Part shown: one piece after another, positions 51,913 to 61,342 of the stretch
Position numbering within the stretch: position 1 is the first letter of the stretch
Layout of the letters: each line of letters opens with the position of its first letter
Assembly: GCA_013265495.1 (NCBI GenBank)
Contig: MU058009.1
Coordinates: 2,172,001 to 2,236,000 of the forward strand
Direction of reading: 5' to 3'
Source of the DNA: Vicugna vicugna
Lineage: Eukaryota
Length of the DNA: 64,000 nucleotides
Translations under genes and position numbers: made by a program
The notes under the pieces: generated by a model
The model's input: only the letters and a program-made list of their open reading frames with translations
Told to the model about the DNA's origin: nothing
Databases searched by the model: none

Positions 51913-54900
51913 CCTGGTTTAAATTCTTAGGTTGGGATTGCTGGGTCGATGTTGAATTTGAGACATAAGGCCAAACTACACTCCAGAAATGTCAACCAGT
52001 TTACATTCCTACAAATCGCGTGTGACTAATTTAGGCTCTTTGGTTTGGATCTCTCTGTATTCCACAATATTACCTTGTAGGTGGCTTCCTAGTTTGTCAT
52101 CGGGACAGCAATCTACTCATAGGCTATTTAGCGTGCGCGGGCGTGTGAGCTCAAGTCTGAATCTGAGGTTGAGCACTTTTCCTCAAGTGTGTTCATTACT
52201 CTGAGGTTCAGGCCCCTGTCTGTGCATTCTGCTCAGTGCCACCCTCTCTTTCTCTCCCATCTCTTTAGCACCTTCCCTCATGTGCCATTCCCTTTCTGGT
52301 CTCCAAGCCACTATCTTCAGGGCTGTAAAACCTACTTTTCTAAAATTATAGTGGACAAATGGTATAAACTGCATAATTAGTACTTCTAGGTAGAAAACAA
52401 ACTCTGGTTCTTTCCACAAGAAGTCAGCTATAACCCACCCTCCACTCACTGTCTGATCTCCCTAATTTATCCCAGTCTTAAGCCAGAGTCCGGCTGAAAT
52501 CCCCCAAAAGTCTCCATCCTACCAACTTCCAGTCTCCCCATGTCAAAACGAAAATCCTCCCTCTTGACTGCGTGAACATCTTTCCTTCCCTGGACCCCAA
52601 ATTTTATAAAACAAGATTCTCCTCCTACTAAAGTTCTAAATAAAACTCTTTTTCGAAAACCATCTTCCTCCTACGTAGCAAGCTGGATTTCTTTGAATTC
52701 CTTCATCCTTGAAGTAAAGAGCTATTTTCTCTCCTAAAGGAGACACACTTTTTTGAAAAAAACCAATTCTTCAACAACAAACCTTTAGCAGTTGAGCTAC
52801 AGACATTTCACAAGTTATACACAGACATCAGCCTGAGAGATCACGTACTCTGAAATATCCAGTAGGAGGGTGAGTCATCGCAGACTTGATATAAAGTTTA
52901 CATTATTCAGTTATGACAACAATTATTTCTAATTGTCTGTGTCTTTTTAAAAAAACCTTGCAAATCTCTGTGCAGAGAATAGAGCAATGTAAAGTTAGAC
53001 AGAGGTAGATTATCTGTATTTCATGTCGCCTAAAAGAATATGAAAGTGTTTTCTCTTTCCATCGCATCTATGCAAGTGAGAGCTTGCGATCTAATACAGT
53101 TTTCTGAACCAAATCATTTTATAAATTGTTTTGGATCAGAGGATTTTTAGTCCATGAGTGAGAACATGAATGCGAAAGGAAAACAGGTTAATATGAGCAG
53201 CATGTTGGTCTGGGATCTGAAATTTTCTCTTCCCTTCTCTGAGCATTTCTTTCTCCCTGGGGTTGTCTCTATGCGATCCAGAAAGACAGTGATTTGAAAT
53301 TTCAAATATTCATTGATGATTTCATATTAGACTGAAAAAATGAAAGGATTGTATTGCTTTGATTTTATAGAGAAGCATTCTGTGCAACAGCGACTCAGAG
53401 GAAAAAGCTGTATTCACCTACATTTGGTCTTTCAAGTAATGTATCAGATTTCCTTAAAGTGAGGACACAGACCAACAGGAATGCCAGTAAATTCCTGGGG
53501 AATAAACACTGCTCGGCAATTTCTAGCACTGCTGCTTTTATTTTTCAACATTTAGCAAACACCAGTCTGGCTTAATTCTGACATAGTCCCAACCTTGCAA
53601 ACGTGGAATTCAAGTGAGCACAGAATTGCCTCAGAAACACGGCTAAGCCATCTCCATCCCCGTGACATTTTGGACTGAAGATCTGTCAGAACACCTTCCA
53701 AACATTAACTGATAAAAATCACAGCCTCTTTCAGGAACTGGTTTCAGAGGAGAAAACCAAAACCTTTTGAGCTATATCCACTTACTGTCTACCCTGAGAA
53801 AACAACCCATTGTTCTGCTGCACAAATGACTAATTTGACTAATTTTTTCCCCCTGGCTTGGCAGAATCTTTTATTGAACTGATTGAAATGACCAGATGTT
53901 TTGGCGGCTTATGTAGACATAATCCAAGAGACTCAATAATTGACTTAAGTACACGTATCAGGATGTGGACTGGCAATAGAACTGGGGATTCTCTGTTCTG
54001 TGATGACTTCAAATCCCTTTTTAAAAGGCAGGCTGCTTGTGTAATTGAAATGCATAGATTCTGGCACCATCTCATTCATTTACTTTGGTAATTTATAGCC
54101 TGTTTTGATCTGAGCATCCCTGTAATTCTGAAGGGAAAGCTTCAGCATCAGAGATCTATGAAAATGCTCTGTGAGGCTATCTGCTGAAAGTGCAATGAAA
54201 TCACTCTCTGCATAAAAGCCCCCAGATGAAAAGATTGGAGCAAAATTTCATTTGATTCAGATTATCTAGAAAATGATACCTTGGCATTTTTCTTAAGTTT
54301 TTGAGTGTTTTCTATGGGAATGCTTAATACCAGAGTTTTCCATGTTATTTTTTGGTTCTCTCTCTCTCTCTCTCTTTTTTTTTTTGCCTTGAGCAAACAT
54401 TTGCTGTGTTCTAATTGCTAATGATGATGAAAATATTCATTATAAATAAGTCACAGAGGTCAACTTTCCTTTAATAAGCCTATCACCAGAAGAAATGTTT
54501 CAAATTATGGTTTATTCCTTAGAAAAGGAAACAGGCTCCATGTCTTTCCACGCCTAAAAGCCTGCTAACCTGGGCTGAGCACAGGGCACAAAGATACAAC
54601 AAATGGCAGGCTTCGGGCTGGAAGACTCAGCTTCGTTTTTCTCCCCTCTTCTAAGGTTGAGGATTCCTCTTGAATTTGTTCAGTAAACAGGTTTTCAAAT
54701 GTCTCTTCTTTTATTTCCCCTCCTTTTTTTCATTCTCCTTTCCTACCCATCTCTTCATTCCAATACTGAAAAAATAAGTTTACAGAATCTGGGCACAGGC
54801 AGGCGTGCAAACACACAACAGCTCCTTTAGACCCAGGCAGGTGATGAGCACTTGGATCCAGGAGTTTGTGCAGACTTCCTCTACCTTAGGGACTTGGAGA

Positions 54901-55902
54901 GCAGAGACCATTGCGTCCTCTGACCGGCACTCTGCACCCAGTGTTCTTGCTAAATGAGGTTCTGTGCAAGCATCTAACAACAGTCAGGTCGGCAGGTTAG
55001 TCATTCAGAGCTCCCTGCGAGCCAGCCCTGTGCCCCTTCACGTGGGCAGAAGGCAGGCTGGCTCCACGAGTCTCTCCCTTCGCCGGCTGACACAGGAACC
55101 TTCTCGTCCTTGATAATGGCCAACCGACCGCTTGTTCTTTTGAAATCCTGCCTCGCTGGGTAGGTTGCTGGCCGGCCCTGCGTTAGGGAAGGTTACTGAG
55201 AACTCACATGAAACCTAACCGAGGCCTGCTTGAGGCCGAGGACAGAATAAAAATACTTCATGAGATGAGTTGGCTGTGATGTCGCCCAGTGGGGGCAGGA
55301 TCAGGCACTTTTTTCCTGCAGACACCACCACATAACGACCATAAACGCACCCGTCTCTTGTGAAGTGCTGTTGGGATGATTGACGCCTGCAGATGCGCTG
55401 AGTCCGTGGCCGCAGGTGCCAGATGTTAAGGAGCACTTAGGGACTCTTGGTGGCCAGGACTGTTTCCTTAAGTTAACAACAGTCCCTCACTCTGCTACTA
55501 GCTCCTCCCACTCTTTGTATCTCGGTGGTTTCTGGGTTCTGAACATGGAGCAAAACCCAACCCCAAACATGTATGAAACAGTAGGGCTCTGATGCTTTTT
55601 TTTTTAATGCAGTTTCATTTTGTAATGGCTTTTGATAGCAAATTGCATAATTTATTGAGCTCAAAATAAAGGCAGCGAGAAGACCGGCATTTCATGAGTT
55701 AGTGTGGGGCGCACCATTCTCCGTGGAGTCCTCCAGCAAACCTGAGCTGGCCATCCTCACGCCGGGTTATGGCTGAGGACCAGAGGGCAGGGAAGTTACT
55801 AAGTGATTGGGCTGGGAATGGAAAACAGGTTTGCCTGACTCAAAAGTTCTTTCCACTTACCCCAGACAACCAGGCCATCACTCCATTACAAATTTAAAAG
55901 TA

Positions 55903-56050
55903 GGGGGTGTAGAGCTCAGTGGTTGCTTGGCATGCACAAGGTCCTGGGTTCAACCCCCAGTACCTCCATCAAATAAATAAAAACAAACAAACAAAACTAA
56001 TTTCCCCCTTCCAAAACAAAAAAAAAAAACAAAAACAAAAAATAAAAGAG
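55903..56050 (+). mobile_element. vic-1 SINE (internal deletion after A box)
   Basis: AGAGCTCAGTGGTTGCTTGGCATGCACAAGGTCCTGGGTTCAACCCCCAGTACCTCC plus A-rich tail. Confidence 0.85.
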
Positions 56051-56090
56051 GTTAAAGTTATTTTAAAAAGAATTTTAAAAAACCCATTCT

Positions 56091-56156
56091 GTATAAATTT
56101 GGGGGTTTGAGATTTGCAAATGTTAACCACTATATTAAAAAAACAGATAAAAAAAC
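56091..56156 (+). mobile_element. Short L1 3'UTR fragment
   Basis: Near-identical to 6669-6727 (ATAAATTTGGG.GTTTGAGATTTGCAAATGTTA.CCACTATA); imperfect 11-bp TSD at 56080-56090 and 56157-56167. Confidence 0.8.
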
Positions 56157-57621
56157 AAAGCCGTTCTCTAAAAAAAAAAGTGATTCTCCTGTCTTATGAC
56201 AGCTTTCTCATTAGTAAGGGGTATCATATACAAAAAAAAAAAGCCTAAAGCAGTGATGCTCCAAACATGCATATCTATTTCTATAATATTATGAAAAAGA
56301 TGGGTGTGATCACATTTTATTTTCCTGTCTGTATCAGGTGGGATAACTGAGGCACATGGGCAGAAATCAGGCTGTTTAATGTCAGGATGGCACAATTTAA
56401 AAAGGGAGGTAATCAGCACAGCAAATCGTTTCATTTTTTTAACACATGGTTTTAATCTGTGTACCAAGCTTCTCAAAATTTGCAAACATTCGGATGATTC
56501 ACCGCAGTGTCACTCTTCACGTAAAGGCTGAGAGCTCTGTAGGTACAGCCATTATCTTTCTTTTTTTTCCCCCCCAGTTTAAACTTTTCCTCCAGAAAGA
56601 TATTTTGAGAAAGCAGGACCTATTCAGACATTTCCAAGCCCATCTGTCAAGTGGACTACATTTGTGCCCTCTCTTTAAAAAGATACTCTACAGTGGATAA
56701 GAGCAGTTTTTGTAAATTAATATCATCATTAAAAAGAAGCCGGTTTCCTTGTCCCCCTCCTCTGACTTCTTGTGCAAGGCAGCCAGGCTGGGCTCCGAGG
56801 GCAGCAGTTTTGGTCTGGCCCTGGGGCCCAGGGGAATATTAACTTACAGGGCTTTCCCTATTTTGCTTTTACATGCCTGAAACTATTTCAGAACTTAGCG
56901 ACTGAAATACAAGTTATTAAACACACTCTACTGGAGTGTAAGGAGCGCCTTCGCTCCCCTCCCCCCCACTTGGAGAAAAGATGTTTGGGAATGAATTTGT
57001 GTGCTTTTAAGACTTACACCCTGTTCTGCCTAGGGCATCTGCAATAACACGTAGCCCAAGACGATAAAAGGAGAGTTAAAATGAAGCTGAGTTCACTCAT
57101 CTGGGGTTAGATCCTGAATGCCATTTAAATGCCACCCTAGGACGTTTAAGTACCATTCTGTTTGATTACGTGTCATGCGTTTCAGTCGTGTGGAGATACT
57201 GGGTGTGAGCTGGAAGGGGAAAGAGGATTCTCTGGTTTCTCGTTGTCAGAACCTTTTAACTTTGCCCAGGTGTCCATGCCCCCTTCTTTCTGGCTGGGCG
57301 CTACCCCCAGGAATCAGCTGCCAGATTGGGGTGTGGGGGACTGATCTCCTGAAGCCTCCAGGGGCTGTGAATTTTCATCCCCTTCCATGCCTGCCCCAGC
57401 AAGCGCGGCTGGGTGCAGCCGGGTCTGTTGCTCTCCGTGTGTGTTCCTCCCAGTAGAGGGGCAGACGCTGCCTGGTACAGTCACAGGAGACTGGGAAGTG
57501 TCTGTGGGTCTCCAGCAGCTGGATAAGGTTTGAGGCTCTTTGGCAGATGTTTGCTGTTCCAGGCACTTCATTAATGTTGGAAACTAAACCCCTGACTATT
57601 CCTCACCAAAGCCCCGCTTCA

Positions 57622-57634
57622 TGATTGACAGCTG
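57622..57634 (+). promoter_or_regulatory. Second PBX-MEIS/PREP decamer plus E-box
   Basis: Identical TGATTGACAGCTG. Confidence 0.55.
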
Positions 57635-57869
57635 GGGTGTGCTTCCTCCCACAGACGCCCTGTGCAGTCTGAGATCAGGAGAGAGGGCGTGAAAAGAGAG
57701 AGACATGGGAGCAAAATGGGAATTGGGATAGATGCTGAAAAACCAAAAGTATAAAGGAAGGAGAGATTCATTTAAGTAGAGAGACAAACTCAGCACAGCT
57801 AGGGAAGATCTGGATTCCTACCATGGGCCTGGGTCATTCACACACACGACATAGGTATCCCAGCTTTCG

Positions 57870-58170
57870 TGCATTAATTCCTTCATGACACACTTACTGA
57901 GAACCTACTATGCCAGGCGCTATGCAGATTCAGCAGGCATTGCCCAGAGGGTGAAAGAAACAATACAGTAAAGGGGCCGCTAAGATAGAGGTAGGGACAG
58001 CATTGACAGAGTTGGGGAATGGGGACATTTCTCCCAGAGGAGGTGACATTTGAGATGGGCCTTGAATTAGTTTTTCAGGCAGCAAAGGAGGGAGAGGATG
58101 GAGTGCAGTGGGCCTTCCCACTGAAGGAAAGAGCTGTGTAAAGGCATGCATTGTGAAAGACCAAACTTGT
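57870..58170 (-). mobile_element. L2 3' relic
   Basis: CACTTACTGAGAACCTACTATGCCAGGC...GAGGAGGTGACATTTGAGATGGGCCTTGAA. Confidence 0.7.
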
Positions 58171-60768
58171 GAAGTAGGTTTTATGATTATCTTTTGCAAA
58201 GAAAAAAACTGAGGCTCATCTTTGATCATAAGCGACAGAGAACCGGTGGCTGCAGGCTCCAAGATCGGGATCTCCCTCCGCTGTTGCTGGGGGACTTGAC
58301 CCTCTGAGATTTCTTGCCTCTATGGTAGGAACTAGGACAGATGCAAAATCCAAGAAGCTATTGTTTAACTTGCTATTTAGATATTTAAAACACCGCAGAT
58401 TTCAAATCAAAGGGCCAGTTGCGGGGGAGTCTGAGCGACTGCTGTGCCTGTGGTTGCGTGGACGCGAGGAGAAGAGATGGCTGGAGGGCGCGGCGGGTGG
58501 AGGCGAGGCCGGTTCCCGCCGGCCGGTGGCTGGGGCTTCGGCGCGGTCCCCGCCTGCGAGCTGCCTGCGAGCTGCCTGCGGCCGTCTACGCCTGAGCGCC
58601 GCGACTCCAGGGCGCAGGAGTGCGGCTCTAGATCCGGGTCTGAAGAGAGGGAAGGAAGAAAGGAAAGAAAGAAAAAGAGAAACCAGGATGGAAGATGAGG
58701 AGGAGAGATGGGGCAGTTCGACCGAGCAGAGGAGGCCGCCAATTGTGCTGGGGAAGGAGAAACCGGCGAAAGAGGGAAAGGGCTAGTGGCGGTGAAAAAG
58801 GAACGGGAAGAGCCTGGGGTGGGGGATACATCTAGAGGAGAAAGAGGAAGAGGAAATCTAGAGGAGGAAGAGGCAGGTGGGGCAACGCCAGGCCTTAACA
58901 GGAACCGGCGTGCGCGCATTCCGTGAGGGCCCGACAGTGTCCAAACGGCTAACGCTCAGTTCCTCCCCAGGGTCGCCGGATGCGACGCAGAGGCCCAGGG
59001 GTCGCTCCCACGCCGCGCCCTGCAATCCACACCTCCCAACACTTAAGTTTCCCAGCTATGCCTAGGGCGCTGCACCTTCCAGAGGGAAATGTAACTCCCC
59101 AACCGACCACGTCCTCCGCGCGAACGCCGCGTCCCTGGGACGGTCCCCGCTCGTGGCGCAGCGGGTCCTTGCTCTTCTCTCACCCAGGAGGACCTCTCGT
59201 TCGTGGCGCCGGGCTGCGCTCCCCGGGCTGAGCCCGGAGCTTCCTCGGCCCGGCGCCGGGCGGCGAACAGGCCGCGGGAGCCGCCGCCACGGCGGGGGCC
59301 GCGCCCAGGCCCAGCGCGGCGACCTCCGGGCCCTGCGGCGGGATGCGCGCCACCACCGGGACACCTGGCCGCAGCTCTCGCGGGAGGAGAATCAGCCCAA
59401 GGAGATAAAATGAGAATAAATTAAAACCGCTCTAAATGGTAAACGAAAACTATTCTAAAACTATTCTAAATGGAGAGGAGGAGAGGCGAGGAGCCAGGGC
59501 GCACGCAAACACCTCGGGAACGAAGTTCCTCAAAGGCGCGTCGCAGACCACGTCTAATGCTTGGCTCTGATTCGGTTTATTACTATTTTCTCTAAGTGCC
59601 CAATTATTAGTTCTCCAGGTGGGTCCCTTCTCTCTGAGTTGAAACACGGGCCCAGGCGCGCGCGTCCACTTGTGTCCGCGGCGACTCGGGCTCCAGGGCG
59701 AGCAGCTCCGCAGCAAGCCTGCGGCGACCTGGGGCGGAAGGATGTCACCAGCCCCAGACTCGGTCTTGGAGAAGGCCATCGCGTCTGCAGTTCTCAGTCT
59801 CCCTATCGTGCGTTTCCCTTCCCGTCCCGCGCACACGGGTTCCCAGACCAAGTCGCGCGAAACCAGCCGCACCTGGCAGTTTCCGCCGACCCGGGGCGCG
59901 GGGCAGGACGCGCGCTGCGGCACGGTGCCGGCGCCGAGGCTGGGTGGGGGTCTCCTCAACCAAAAATTCCGACTGAAAACGAAAGTTCGTTCAGATACTG
60001 ACTGGATCAGACTCGGAGGCTACATGTCTAGGAAGCAGAAAATTAAACCACCTAAAAAAAAAAGTGTCTTCGCGGCCCCTGGACCCCTATGCGTCGTCAG
60101 GGGCCTGGGGCACGAAAGTCGCGGTGCCCCAGTATCCGGCGCCAGAAATCGCGACAGGGGTGACTGCCCGAGGGCCGGCCGAACCCAGCAGTCGCGCCGC
60201 GCCGCGCCGGCCCTTTCAGCGATGAAAACAAGTTTATAGACAGACTTCAAGAATAAAAAAGAAACATGCTTTTGTTGATTCCTTTTTAAAAATAAATCCC
60301 CGCTTACTTTTGGAATAAAGGACTGGGCAAGGGTCGACAGTCTGTGATCTCCCGGGGGCCGTCAAGTTCTCGACCTCCGCGCACACGCCGGGTGCCGGAG
60401 CGCGCGGGCTGCGAGCGAGGCCGCCGTCCTCGGGAAACAGCCCGCAGGGGTCGACGCGGGGAGGGAGGAAGGCAGTCGGGTCCTCTGAGGGCGCCGGCCC
60501 GGGAGGCCGCAGGACTTGACTTCTTTCTAGCAAGAGACCTGGATGTGCCCGCCCCCCAGGTGCCGGCGATGGGAGCCGGCCCGGGAGCGCGGCCTGCCTG
60601 GCATCAGGGCGATGCGGGGGCTCCGCCGGGGGCAGCGGCCCGGGAGGGCCTAATTGGCGGGGGCGGCGCGCGCTCCCCGCACGGCGCGCACACATGGGCG
60701 CGCACACTCAGCACACACACCTGGAGCTCGTCCCAGGAGGGGGGCGGGGAGGAGAGCCAAAGCGAGAG

Positions 60769-60803
60769 TCTTAAAATAGGCAGGCAGAGGAGCGCGAGCC
60801 ACT
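60769..60803 (+). promoter_or_regulatory. Candidate BARX2 core promoter: TATA/MEF2-like element plus Inr
   Basis: CTTAAAATAG at 60770-60779 (TTAAAA from 60771; one mismatch to MEF2 CTA(W)4TAG). GCCACT (BBCABW Inr) has its A at 60801, 30 nt downstream. Confidence 0.5.
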
Positions 60804-60972
60804 GAGAGGCGGGAGGAGGCGAGCGAGAGCGGCGGGCACGAGGCGCGCAGGTCCGCGCCGGGGTGGCACAGGCGGGCTGGGCAGGGTGGAGGCTGGGCGG
60901 GGTGGGCGCCGACGCCCCTCGGCGGCCGGCTCTCCGCGCGGCTCCGCCGCCGGCCGTGCAGGAAGCGCGCGC

Positions 60973-60985
60973 TGATTGACAGCTG
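60973..60985 (+). promoter_or_regulatory. PBX-MEIS/PREP decamer overlapping E-box
   Basis: TGATTGACAG exact, overlapping CAGCTG. Confidence 0.65.
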
Positions 60986-61155
60986 CGCCGGCCCCAAAAG
61001 GCTCGGCGAAGATGCGGATCCGCGGGTGGGTCTAGACGCGCGACCGGCGCGCCCGGTGCCCGCTCCCCGCCGCGCGCCTCCCGAGCCCCACCGCCTCCCG
61101 GCTGCGGAGGAGCCGGGCTGAGGCCCGGGCCGGCGGGCGCTCGCCCCGGCTCACC

Positions 61156-61342
61156 ATGCACTGCCACGCGGAGCTGAGGCTGAGCTCGCCCGGCCAGCTC
61201 AAAGCAGCCAGGCGGCGCTACAAGACTTTCATGATCGACGAGATCCTCTCCAAGGAGACCTGCGACTACTTTGAGAAACTTTCCCTCTACTCCGTGTGCC
61301 CGTCGCTGGTCGTGCGACCCAAGCCCCTGCACTCCTGTACCG
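61156..61342 (+). CDS. BARX2: BarH-like homeobox 2, coding exon 1 (partial CDS; gene continues beyond window)
   Basis: Translates MHCHAELRLSSPGQLKAARRRYKTFMIDEILSKETCDYFEKLSLYSVCPSLVVRPKPLHSCT(G), recognised as the BARX2 N-terminus with eh1 motif FMIDEIL. Kozak ctcaccATG. Ends at donor G|GTAAGA (intron starts 61343, phase 1). Confidence 0.96.
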
